A stretch of 64,000 nt of DNA, taken from NCBI GenBank assembly GCA_963842525.1, contig CAWJGT010000003.1, positions 832,001 through 896,000 of the forward strand. Direction: 5' to 3'. The notes beneath the pieces were generated by a model, which saw only the letters and a program-made list of their open reading frames with translations, made no database searches and was not told the DNA's origin. This document shows, piece by piece, positions 1 through 10,002 of this stretch (position 1 is the stretch's first letter; each line of letters opens with the position of its first letter). The translations under genes and the position numbers were made by a program. The stretch comes from an uncultured Holophagales bacterium. GTDB lineage: Bacteria; Acidobacteriota; Thermoanaerobaculia; Multivoradales; UBA5704.

Positions 1-212
1 GCGTGAGCTCACGCTGGCGCAGAGTCCCGGGACGCTGGCCCAGCGTACGCTCCGCAAACCCAGCGTGAGCTCACGCTGGCGCAGAGTCCCGGGACGCTGG
101 CCCAGCGTACGCTCCGCAAACCCAGCGTGAGCTCACGCTGGCGCAGAGTCCCGAGACGCTGGCCCAGCGCACGCTCCGCAAACCCAGCGTGAGCTCACGC
201 TGGCGCAGAGTC
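1..212. repeat. 62-bp tandem repeat (~3.4 copies visible, may continue left of the window) rich in palindromes
   Basis: Unit restarts at 1, 63, 125 and 187, nearly identical; contains the perfect 20-bp palindrome ccagcgtgagctcacgctgg across unit junctions, plus gtcccgggac and acgctgg-c-ccagcgt. Confidence 0.95.
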
Positions 213-279
213 GGCTCGGACAAGTATGTCGAGCTGGTCCGGGGAGGGGTAGGGGATACGGTCGAGTCGGCTTCGATCC

Positions 280-564
280 TTATCTTTTCTCGCTATGGGC
301 CGCCTCGTCCTCTGAGGGTGTCTCCTCGTCCCAACGGTCCCAGGGATCCGGTGGCACCGAAGGAACCTTGGCGAAAACACGGTCGAAGGCCTCGCGATTG
401 CCCTGCCGGGCCAGGGCTTCCAGGTAGTCCTCCGTCATCAGTGCTGACATCTTCTCCGCCACCGCCGTACTGATCAGCTGGTTGATCGAGATCTTTTCCT
501 TCTTCGCAAGGCCCTTGAGCTGCCGGTGGAGCGAGTCCGGAAGGCGGATGCTGAGAGTCGCCAT
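280..564 (-). CDS. Ribbon-helix-helix (HicB/CopG-like) antitoxin
   Basis: MATLSIRLPDSLHRQLKGLAKKEKISINQLI RHH pattern; directly downstream of the PIN gene. Confidence 0.8.
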   Translation of the reverse strand: MATLSIRLPDSLHRQLKGLAKKEKISINQLISTAVAEKMSALMTEDYLEALARQGNREAFDRVFAKVPSVPPDPWDRWDEETPSEDEAAHSEKR

Positions 565-566
565 GG

Positions 567-980
567 TCAACCTCCGATGACATCGAGGAACGCTTTGGGC
601 GTCACTGCCTGAATCCCGAAGCGTCCGGCCGCCGCGAAGTGTTTTTCGTTGAAGGTGACGATATACCTAGCCCGAGAGGCGACGGCAAGCTCCAGAACCA
701 TATCGTCCTTGGGATCAGGCAGGCTCGGTCGCCAGAGGAAGAAGATCTTCTGCCGGTGCGCGACCGAGCAAAGGTACCGGACGATCGAGAGGATCTCCTC
801 CTCTCCCAGGTCCGTCGCGCGATGCAGCACATCCTCATACTCCAGAACTAGCGGCACCGAGACGCAGATCTCGAACTGCCCCTCCCTCAGCAGCGAGACG
901 AGCCGGAATGCCACGCCCTCGCGAGAACGAAACGCCGACACGAGGACGTTGGTATCCAGCACCACCCGCACAGTCGACAT
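567..980 (-). CDS. PIN-domain toxin (VapC/PIN_3-like)
   Basis: VVLDTNVLVS N-terminal motif; DPKDDMVLELA and IVTFN C-terminal motifs. Confidence 0.85.
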   Translation of the reverse strand: MSTVRVVLDTNVLVSAFRSREGVAFRLVSLLREGQFEICVSVPLVLEYEDVLHRATDLGEEEILSIVRYLCSVAHRQKIFFLWRPSLPDPKDDMVLELAVASRARYIVTFNEKHFAAAGRFGIQAVTPKAFLDVIGG

Positions 981-1008
981 GGTAGCACATACGGTATCAT
1001 GGCGTGGT

Positions 1009-4000
1009 ATGAGTGCTGCGCCTCCCCATTTCGCCTGGACCCGCTTCTGGGTGCCCAGGGACGGTCATCTCGTCCTGGACGACGACGGCTTTCTGGCCGA
1101 CCCGGAAGGCAGGCTCGGCTCCTTGCGCAATCCCTATGCTCTCCCGTTTGAATCCGTCTCAGGCCGCCGGTGTGCCGTGCTGCTCGGCGAGCCGGGCATC
1201 GGCAAGAGCACCGAGTTGGAACGTGTAAACCGGCAAGGAGTCTCCGCTCCTGGTGCCGCGCAGGTGCTGGAGCTCAACCTGAACAACTACAGCAGCGACA
1301 GCCTTCTCGTTCAAGACCTGTTTGACAATCCCAAGCTCCGGGAGTGGGTGACCGGCTCTCACGACCTTCTCCTCTCGTTGGACAGCTTGGATGAGTGCAT
1401 GCTTCGCGTTGAGACGGTGGCAAACCTGCTCTCCTCAAGGCTCGGCCGCTACCCTGTCGATCGGCTCTGGCTCCGGATCGCCTGCCGCACAGCCGTCTGG
1501 CCTCCGTCTCTCGAAGAAGCCCTCGCGCGACTCTGGAGCCCGGAGCAGTTTGGTGTCTTCGAACTGCTGCCCCTCCGCAGGAAGGACGTCGAAGCGGCAG
1601 CGACAGCCTCCGGCCTCCAAGCGGAGGCTTTCCTTAGCGAGGTGATCTCCCGCAAGGCAGTGCCCTTCGCAATCAAGCCCTTGACTCTCCGCTTCCTTCT
1701 CGAAAAGTTCCGGAGAGATCGCCGTCTTCCCGATCAGATCGGAGCTATCTATCTTGAGGGCTGTCGTTGGCTCTGCACGGAGACCAACCCCAGCCGCGTC
1801 GAGACAAGCCGGACAGGCAAGCTCACTCCCGATCAGCGGCTGGCTGTTGCGGGGCGACTCGCTGCGTTGACCGTCTTCGCTGGCCGTACAGCCATGTCGC
1901 AGGGAGCTCCTGCCGACCGGATCGACGGTGATCTCTCGATCCAGGAAGCCTTGGGTGGATCCGAGGAGGAAAACAGGCAGATTGTGGAGATGACGCTGGA
2001 TGCCATCCGTGAAACCCTCGACACAGGGCTGTTCTCGGCTCGTGGCCCTTCGGCTCGGTTGGGCGCATCAGACCTATGCCGAGTTTCTCGCCGCCAGATA
2101 TGTGATCCGCCACGGCTTCGATACTGAGCAAAAGATCTCCCTTGTCACCCACCCTTACAGCTCAAGGCTTGTCATCCCTCAGCTTGTGCAGGCTACCGTC
2201 TGCCTGGTCAACATGGATCCCTCTCTCTTCGACGAGTTGGTCCAGGACAGCCCCCACGTCCTACTCCGCAGCGAAGCGAGCGTATGGGATTCACGCCAGA
2301 AGTCCGCACTCACGGCCTCGTTCCTGAAGCTCATCGCCGAGCTGAAGCTCACAGACAGAGACGCCGAGGTCAGGAGAAGCCTTGGAAAACTGGATCACCC
2401 CGACCTCGCGAGTCAGTTGGAACCCTATATCCGGGACCGAACGGCAAACCCGGTTGTCCGCAGGGTGGCCATCGGCATTGCCGGGGCTTGCCGTGTCACC
2501 CACCTCCGAGAGACTCTTCTGGAGCTTGCGCTAGATAGATCCGCCCACCAACCGACACGCGTCCAGTCGATCCGCGCACTTCGAGGGATCGGCGACAACG
2601 GAACCCGGCAACGACTTGCTACGCTTCTCGGTACCGACCTTCAGGAAGACGATGATGACGAGATCAGGGGAGCCTTGCTGAGCCAGGTCTGGCCCGATCT
2701 CCTTTCCTTTGAGGATCTCACCAGACATCTCATGGTACCCAAGTCTTCTCTCATCGGTGCATACTGGGCGTTCCTCAAGCATGAGCTCGCCCAAGGCCTT
2801 CGTCCCAGCGATATCCCCCAGGCGCTCGCCTGGGCAGGCGAGCAGGAAGGTCAGCGTAGCAAACGCTCTCCTCTCAGCGCGGCTGCGGACAACATCATGA
2901 AGGTGGCGTGCAGGTATGTCGACGATCCGACAATCCTTGCACCCCTCGTCGGAGTGATGGCGGTGCGCTTGGAGGCTCAGCATTCCCTCTGGGACGAAGA
3001 CCTCTTCGATGAGACCGAAGACAAACCCCTTCAGGATGTCTGGAAGCGGCATCTTCTTATCCAAGCCCTCGTTGAGCACGCTTCCGATACTCGATCTTTA
3101 CAGAGACTCCGGATCGTCCGCCGCTTCCGAGAGGACGACCTCTCGTGGCTCCTGCAGCAGGTCTTGACCGCTTCTACAGATGCAGAGCAGAAAAAGTGGT
3201 CACTCCTGGTGCAAGAGCTCTTCTTCACCGACATCGACCGTTACTGGACCCCTGTTCTCGAAGCCGCCCTTCAGAACAAAGTCCTTGCACAGGAACTCCG
3301 CTTCTGGATTGGCCCAATCACCCTGGACTCCCCAGAGGCTGAATGGCAACGGAAAGAATGGAAACAGTCTCCAGAGCTAACCGCAGACGCAGTGAAGGAG
3401 GAAGAGACTCTTCCTTGGGCTTCCTCACTGCAACAGTTCAATCTCGCCCTACAAGAGATCGGAGACGGAGGAAAGGACATTTGGTGGCACCTGGATGGGC
3501 TTCTGGGAGACTTACAGCGAGAAGAGTGGAGCGCCGACATCCGCGAATATAGAACCTGGCAGCACCTCGACGGGGAACGCAGAGCGAGAGTTGTCACCGA
3601 GGCTCAACGCTACATTCTAGGAGGAGAAGATCCGAGCGACGGCTCAATGAGGAGAAGCTTCAATAGTATCGAGCTTGCCAGCTTTCGCGCCCTCTATCTG
3701 GCAAGCTCGGAGGCTCCAGATTTCTGCAACCATTTGAGCCAAGATGTTGTCCAGAAGTGGACACCCATCATAGTGAAAAAACCGGGGCTCGTGGACGAAG
3801 GAGCTGAACCCTATGCAGAACTTCTTCGCCTGGTTTCGCAGAAGGCTCCCGATCTTGTGGTGAAGAAAATTTCCCAGGCGATCGACGAACAGAATCGGGC
3901 GGCCGACGCCAACGAACACCCGAACCTCGACACCCAGCTCCAGGAATGCTGGAACGATCGGATCGAGTTTCTCCTAATCGAAAAGCTGAGGAGCGGCGAG

Positions 4001-5215
4001 ATGAAGCCGGGATTCAGCGCCTACTTGATGGAGATTCTCCTCGCGAGAGAATCGGAACAAGCCCAGGAGTGGGCCCTGCAATGGCTCGATGGTCCCGTTC
4101 CCATTGAACTGGAAGACCAAGAGAAGCAGCTTCGGGTGGCACTGAGCCTTCTGTTCGTCGAAGACAATGCGTGGACAACGGTCTGGAATCGCATTACCTC
4201 TTTGACCTCGCTTCAAGACAAATTTGCGGAACAGGCAGTCAGTTATCTGTACGCCAAGTTCGACCAGGGGCGCCTTACAAAGTTCTTAGGACCGCAGTTG
4301 GGCGAAATCTGCTTCTGGCTCAGGCAAACTTTCCCCGAGGCTACGCGGTTTAGGCCCGGCGTCCTGCCTAGCCCGCGCAATATCGCCGGGGTCTTTCGGG
4401 GGCGGCTCTTCAACTACCTGCAGGAGGCAGGAACTCCGAAAGCTCTCCAGGCTCTACAGCACCTGGCTCGCCTTCAACCCGACGACCTCGGGTTCAAATG
4501 GATGCTCGCAGAAGCTCAGCGGGCTTCGCTGCAACAAACCTGGACTCCTCCTGGGCCGGCAACGATTCTCGAAATGGCGCGACGTCGGGATTCGCGCCTC
4601 GTGGACAGCGGAGAGCAGCTTCTCGCTGTCATCATGGAGTCCCTTGAGAGGTTGCAGAAGAAGCTGCGGGGCCATACCCCTCTTATCGATTTCTTGTGGA
4701 ACAAGTGGCCGGAGGGTCAAGGCGGCGTGCGCTGGCGACCTAAAGACGAGGAAGAGTTTTCCAATTTCATCAAATCTCGCCTCGAAGATGACCTGCAGGG
4801 GAAGAGTATCGTCCTGAATCGAGAGGTCGAGATCCGCCGAAGTCTGGGGAAGGAGATCCGCCAAGGCCAGGAGACTGACATCCAGGTCGATGCCATCGTC
4901 CGTCAGCCTCGGAGCGGAGAACCACAACGGATCTCTGTGGTCATCGAGGTGAAGGGCTGCTGGAACAAGAAGCTGATGACGGCAATGAAGGAGCAACTCG
5001 TTGATCGCTACCTTGCGGAGAGTGATTGCTGGCACGGTCTCTATCTTGTCGGCTGGTTCCTCTGCGATGCATGGGACAATGAGGACTACCGAAAAGGCGA
5101 CACGCCGAAGTGGTCCCTCCAGCAGGTGAGAGAGCACCTCCAAGAGAAGGCTGCCGAACTCTCCCAGGGCGGATTCTTGATCCGCTCTTTCGTCCTCGAC
5201 ACGGCGCTCCGGTAA
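1009..5215 (+). CDS. Large NACHT/STAND NTPase with helical repeats and a C-terminal PD-(D/E)XK-like nuclease; frameshift near 2050
   Basis: Walker A GEPGIGKS, Walker B LSLDSLDE, WAHQTYAEFLAARY winged-helix motif after the frame change, C-terminal NREVEI...TDIQVDA...VVIEVKGCWN. Confidence 0.75.
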
Positions 5216-5238
5216 ATCCTAAGGACGTATACGAGCCC

Positions 5239-5547
5239 TCAAGCTGTATAGAGCAGAGTCCGCGACCGTTCGATACCCTGCCGGAAGTGGGGATTCTTGA
5301 TCGCTGGAATCATCACCAAGTCGACCGGGCGGGCAAAGAGGATCTCGAGAGCCTCCAGCAAGCCGAAATAGCGATCCGCCATTTCGTTCGGCAAGCCGGG
5401 CGCAAACTCTACCAGGAAGTCAAGATCGCTCGGGTCCGGGTCGAAGCGATCCGTGGCGGCCGAGCCGAAGATCTCGAACCTGCGGACTGCAAATTGGTCG
5501 CAGAGCGCGTTGAGAGTGTTTCGTTGCTCTTCGATAATGCGGTGCAT
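5239..5547 (-). CDS. Minimal nucleotidyltransferase (MNT family)
   Basis: FGSAAT...SDLDFLVEF (GS..DxD) motif, 102 aa. Confidence 0.85.
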   Translation of the reverse strand: MHRIIEEQRNTLNALCDQFAVRRFEIFGSAATDRFDPDPSDLDFLVEFAPGLPNEMADRYFGLLEALEILFARPVDLVMIPAIKNPHFRQGIERSRTLLYTA

Positions 5548-5562
5548 AGGAGGTAGAGCCGA

Positions 5563-5862
5563 TCATCCTTCGGCGGCATACTGGACCTCGGAGCTTCTCA
5601 GGACCTCATCCCGGATCCGGCGGTTGAGGAATTTTGGCGTAACCAAATCCACGTTCCGGCCACCCAGAATGGTCGAAAGCTCCTCTTGCAGGCGGATGAA
5701 GCCGAAACCGGGGACATGTTCTGGCTCGAACTCGACGAGCACGTCTATGTCGCTGTCAGGGCGAAAATCCGATCGAAGTACCGAGCCGAAAAGGCTCAGC
5801 TTACGGATGTGGTTACGCCGGCAGAATTCGGCGAGCTGGTCGCGGGGGATGTGTGATTTCAT
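5563..5862 (-). CDS. Minimal nucleotidyltransferase (MNT family)
   Basis: [27 protein letters not shown] motifs, 99 aa. Confidence 0.88.
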   Translation of the reverse strand: MKSHIPRDQLAEFCRRNHIRKLSLFGSVLRSDFRPDSDIDVLVEFEPEHVPGFGFIRLQEELSTILGGRNVDLVTPKFLNRRIRDEVLRSSEVQYAAEG

Positions 5863-5878
5863 GCGACGGCTCTCGATT

Positions 5879-6967
5879 CTACCGAACCCGCCGCCGCCGG
5901 TTCCTGATGTAGTCCGCCAGGATGAACTCGCCGAGGTTGTAGGGGCTGGCGAAATAGGCTCGGCCGCGGTTGATCTGGGTCAGCTTTTCGACGAACTGGG
6001 TGAGCATGGGATCGGTCGCCAGCATGAAGGTGGTGATGACGACTTTCTGGCGGCGGCAGGCGTCGGCCTCTTCCAGGGTGAGGTTGACGATCCGCATGTC
6101 GAGGCCGAAGGGATTCTTGTAGATGCGGTTGTTTTCGGTGATCGCGGAAGGCTTGCCGTCGGTGATCAGGAAGATCTGCTTGTTGGGCTGCTTCTGGCGG
6201 GCCAGGAGGCTCCTCGCGAGCTGTAGGCCTTCGCGGGTGTTGGTGTGGTACGGGCCAGCCTGGATGTAGGGGATCTCGGTCAGCGGCACCGCCTCGGCGC
6301 GGTCTCCGAAGAGGATCACGGAAAGGTGATCTTTCGGATATTTGGTGGTGATCAGCTCGGTCAGGGCGAGGGCCACGGTCTTCGCCGGTGTGATGCGGTC
6401 CTCGCCGTAGAGGATCATCGAGTGGCTGATGTCGATTGCCACGACCGTGGCGCAGGAGGTCAGGTGCTCGGTTTCGAAGACCTCCAGATCCTCTTCCTGG
6501 AGGTCGAGGTCTCCATGGCTCCGCCGCATGGCGTTCTGGAGCGAGCGCGCGGAGTCGAGCAGGTGGATGTCGTCACCGAATTTATAGGGACGGGTCTCAG
6601 GGAGCCGCTCGATCCCTTCGCCGGCGGTCTGGATGGGGTGATAGCCGGGACCCGAGCGGTTCAGACTCTGGAAAACCTCCTCGAAGGCGCTGCGCCGGAT
6701 CCGCCGCTCGCCGCCGGTTGTCAGTTGCATGCCGCCCTCACCGTCCCGCCCGATGAGCTGCTCCTCCTCCAGGCTCGCGAAGAAGGCCTCGAGATCGATC
6801 TCCTCCGGGATGTGCCCCTGCTGCTGGAGGTAGCGCATCCAGTCCATCGCCTCCTCGACGTCGCCGCCGCTCGCCAGCACGAGCTGGTTGAACAGCCGCA
6901 GCAGGTCGAGCCCGGCGAGGATGGCCTGGATCAGCTCGGGGTCGAGGTAGAGGTACTGGTGGCGCAT
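5879..6967 (-). CDS. VWA domain protein
   Basis: MIDAS-type DISHS, TNT and ITDG motifs; follows the AAA+ ATPase. Confidence 0.85.
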   Translation of the reverse strand: MRHQYLYLDPELIQAILAGLDLLRLFNQLVLASGGDVEEAMDWMRYLQQQGHIPEEIDLEAFFASLEEEQLIGRDGEGGMQLTTGGERRIRRSAFEEVFQSLNRSGPGYHPIQTAGEGIERLPETRPYKFGDDIHLLDSARSLQNAMRRSHGDLDLQEEDLEVFETEHLTSCATVVAIDISHSMILYGEDRITPAKTVALALTELITTKYPKDHLSVILFGDRAEAVPLTEIPYIQAGPYHTNTREGLQLARSLLARQKQPNKQIFLITDGKPSAITENNRIYKNPFGLDMRIVNLTLEEADACRRQKVVITTFMLATDPMLTQFVEKLTQINRGRAYFASPYNLGEFILADYIRNRRRRVR

Positions 6968-6975
6968 GGTCGGCT

Positions 6976-8490
6976 CTAGTTGACGTCTCCCCGGTCGCGT
7001 CCGCTGCGGCTGGGGCCGCGGTGGGGCTTCAGGAGCTGGAACTTGACCATCTCCTTATAGCTCACCTGGCTGTCCATGTCGTTGCGCGCGAGCTTCAGGT
7101 GCTGGTGGAGCCCTTCGAGCACCATCTCGGCCGCGAGGGCCCGCTCCGGAGCAGACTTGCCGGCGTGGCGTACCGCCAAGTCCTTGAGGCCGGGGACGCG
7201 GTAGAGCTCGGTCTCATAGGCGGCGAACGGCTGCTCGTCCGAGACCGTCACCGAGTTCCCTTCGGCGAACCAGCGGATCATGCGCGAGTAGGGACCCCGG
7301 TCGTCCTCGCCGCCGCTGCCCACCTCCTTGCCGATCTCAGGGAACGTGCGGTCGAAGACCTTCTTGATCGCCTGACCGAGGAGCCGGCGGGCCACGACCT
7401 CGGCGCCCTGCTGCTCGCCCTCGTAGACCATCTCGACCTTGCCGGTGATGGCCGGCAGGAGCATCTGGAGGTCGCAGAGGCGCGGGTAGACCGGCCCGTC
7501 GCCGGTCGCCAGGGCGCGCCGTTCGAGGTTCGACACCAGCAGCTCCATGGCCGAGATCGCAACCCGGGCGCTGACGCCCGAGGACTGATCCACGAGGTCG
7601 CTCTCGCGCGCCGCGAAGCTGATCTCCTCGACCAGCAGGCGGATGTCCTCGGGGACCTTCACGTTCGGCGTGTCGCGCTCTGTCCAGGCTTCCTGGCGGG
7701 TGATGTCGGCGGCGATCTGGGCGTCCCCCGGATAGTGGGTGAGGATCTGCGACGAGATGCGATCCTTGAGCGGCGTGATGATGCTGCCGCGGTTCGTGTA
7801 GTCCTCCGGGTTGGCCGAGAAGACCATCAGGATGTCGAGCGGGATGCGCACGGGGAAGCCGCGGATCTGCAGGTCCCGCTCTTCCAAAATGTTGAATAAA
7901 CCCACCTGGATGCGCGGCGCGAGGTCCGGCAGCTCGTTGATGGCGAAGATGCCGCGGTTGGTGCGCGGGATAATGCCGAAGTGGATCACCTCCGGGTCGG
8001 CGAAGGTGAGCTTGCGGGTCGCTGCCTTGATCGGATCGATGTCGCCCAGCAGGTCGGCGATCGAGACGTCCGGCGTCGCCAGCTTTTCGTTGTAGCGCTG
8101 CTCGGGGGTCAGCCATTCGATGGGAACGTCGTCGCCTGCCTCGGCGATCAGGCGCTGGCCGGGGATGGAAATCGGGGCGAGCGGGTCGTCGTTGAGCTCC
8201 GAGCCGGCGAGCACCGGGACCTCGGGGTCGAGCAGGGTGGTCAGCGCCCGCAGGATGCGGGTCTTCGCCTGTCCCCGCAGTCCGAGCAAGATGAAATCAT
8301 GGCCGGCGAGCAGGCCGTTGACCACGGCCGGAATGACCGTGCGGTCGTAGCCGAGGATGCCGGGGAAGAGCGGCGCACCGCTCTTCAGGCGCGCCCGGAG
8401 GTTGTCGCGGATCTCGATCTTGACCGAGCGCGGCCGGTAGCCGCTCGCCTTGAGGGCGCCGAGCGTCTGGATGTGCTGGGCTTTGGACAT
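6976..8490 (-). CDS. Magnesium chelatase/MoxR-like AAA+ ATPase
   Basis: GLRGQAKT Walker A variant, NRGIFAINELPDL, ANPEDYTNRG; ATG at 8490 overlaps the trxB stop. Confidence 0.85.
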   Translation of the reverse strand: MSKAQHIQTLGALKASGYRPRSVKIEIRDNLRARLKSGAPLFPGILGYDRTVIPAVVNGLLAGHDFILLGLRGQAKTRILRALTTLLDPEVPVLAGSELNDDPLAPISIPGQRLIAEAGDDVPIEWLTPEQRYNEKLATPDVSIADLLGDIDPIKAATRKLTFADPEVIHFGIIPRTNRGIFAINELPDLAPRIQVGLFNILEERDLQIRGFPVRIPLDILMVFSANPEDYTNRGSIITPLKDRISSQILTHYPGDAQIAADITRQEAWTERDTPNVKVPEDIRLLVEEISFAARESDLVDQSSGVSARVAISAMELLVSNLERRALATGDGPVYPRLCDLQMLLPAITGKVEMVYEGEQQGAEVVARRLLGQAIKKVFDRTFPEIGKEVGSGGEDDRGPYSRMIRWFAEGNSVTVSDEQPFAAYETELYRVPGLKDLAVRHAGKSAPERALAAEMVLEGLHQHLKLARNDMDSQVSYKEMVKFQLLKPHRGPSRSGRDRGDVN

Positions 8491-9449
8491 CAGTCGTGAA
8501 GCTCCTGGAGCCAGTGTTCTGCGTCGATGGCCGCCCGGCAGCCGGTGCCGGCGGCGGTGACGGCCTGGCGGTAGATCGGGTCCGCCGCGTCGCCACAGGC
8601 GAAGACGCCGGGGTGGCTCGTCTTGGTCGTGGGCTCGGCCACCTTGATGTAGCCGACGTCGTTCATCTCGATCTTGCCGCGGAAGAGCTCGGTATTCGGC
8701 TTGTGGCCGATGGCGTAGAAGACGCCCTGGGTCGGATAGAAGGAGTCGAGCTCGGTCGCCTTGTTGTGCAGCTTGACGCCCTCGATCCCTTTTTCCCGGG
8801 TGCCGGCGATCTCGGTCACCACCGAGTCCCAGATCCAGGCGATCTTGGGATTGGCGAAGGCGCGGTCCTGCATGATCTTGGAGGCCCGCAGATCGCGCCG
8901 CCGGTGGATGATGGTGACCTTGCTGGCGAACTTGGTCAGATAGGTCCCTTCCTCCATGGCCGAGTCGCCGCCGCCGATGACCACCACCTCCTTGTCGCGG
9001 AAGAAGAAGCCATCGCAGGTGGCGCACGCCGAGACGCCGTAGCCCATCAGCTCCTGCTCGCCCGGGACGTTGCCGAGCTTGGCGGTGGCGCCGGTTGAGA
9101 TGATGAGAGCGTCGGTCCGGTAGGTGTCCTCGTCGGTACGGATGGTGAACGGCCGCTGGTCGAGGTCGACCTCAGTGCCGAGCTGGAACTTGACCTTGGC
9201 GCCGAAGCGCCGGGCCTGCTCGCGCATGCGGTCCATGAGCTCCGGCCCGAGGATGCCTTCGGGGAAGCCGGGGTAGTTCTCGACCTCGGTGGTGATGGTG
9301 AGCTGCCCGCCGGGCTGATTGCCCTCGAGGACCAGCGGAGCGAGGTCTGCCCGGGCGGCGTACAACGCCGCGGTCAGCCCGGCCGGTCCGGAGCCGAGGA
9401 TGATGACCCGGTGATAGTTGTCGCGGTTGTGGTGCTCAGAGGTGGACAA
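8490..9449 (-). CDS. trxB: Thioredoxin-disulfide reductase
   Basis: GSGPAGLTAALY, CATCDG redox motif, GGGDSAMEE, YRQAVTAAGTG. Confidence 0.97.
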   Translation of the reverse strand: MSTSEHHNRDNYHRVIILGSGPAGLTAALYAARADLAPLVLEGNQPGGQLTITTEVENYPGFPEGILGPELMDRMREQARRFGAKVKFQLGTEVDLDQRPFTIRTDEDTYRTDALIISTGATAKLGNVPGEQELMGYGVSACATCDGFFFRDKEVVVIGGGDSAMEEGTYLTKFASKVTIIHRRRDLRASKIMQDRAFANPKIAWIWDSVVTEIAGTREKGIEGVKLHNKATELDSFYPTQGVFYAIGHKPNTELFRGKIEMNDVGYIKVAEPTTKTSHPGVFACGDAADPIYRQAVTAAGTGCRAAIDAEHWLQELHD

Positions 9450-9636
9450 GGAAGCTCTCCTCCTGGAGGACGCCTGCGGTTGCCAGCGACCGGCTGAGGT
9501 CGTGGGGAAGGCAGTATATCAGCGGCTTCGCCGGGGACCGGGGCTGCCGTCAGGACGGCCTGAAGAGTAGAACAGGCGCCGCCGGAGGGGCCATTCCGGC
9601 GGCGCCTGCGCAGGGTGCCGACAGGCGTGCTCGCCG

Positions 9637-10002
9637 CTACGCCGCGGGCTGCTGCGCCTCGCCGGTATTGCCGGAGCTCCTACCCTCGCGCCTTTTCGTT
9701 TCGCCGCGGCCGTGCTGTCGCGGACGGCGCGGCTTGAACGGCGGTGGGGTGGTGGTCCCGTCTTCGCCGCCACCGGGCGGTTGTTGAGTCCGGTTGCCGC
9801 TGTCGGCGGTACCACCCGTCAGGGTGGTCATGACCTGCTTGAAGATCTCGTCGACCTTCCTGGGGTCCTGCTGCAACCTCTGGCTCAACAGGGCGTATGC
9901 CTTGCCGGTGGCAAAGCCCGCTGCGAAGAATGCGATGGCCAGGTCGAGGTCTTCTTTGTTGGGAATGCTATTGGACTGCGGGGTGTCCATTCTGACGGTC
10001 AT
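9637..10002 (-). CDS. Small hypothetical protein, last gene of the ECF/anti-sigma/CHAT operon
   Basis: Start overlaps the CHAT stop (ATGA), aggag-like RBS; short hydrophobic helix then a low-complexity tail. Confidence 0.55.
   Translation of the reverse strand: MTVRMDTPQSNSIPNKEDLDLAIAFFAAGFATGKAYALLSQRLQQDPRKVDEIFKQVMTTLTGGTADSGNRTQQPPGGGEDGTTTPPPFKPRRPRQHGRGETKRREGRSSGNTGEAQQPAA

Noticed and set aside
1-212. CRISPR array
   Set aside because: Whole 62-bp units are repeated with no unique spacers, and no cas genes are in the window
8491-9027. N-terminal extension of the 683-aa ATPase ORF
   Set aside because: It overlaps trxB in another frame; the plausible start is ATG 8490
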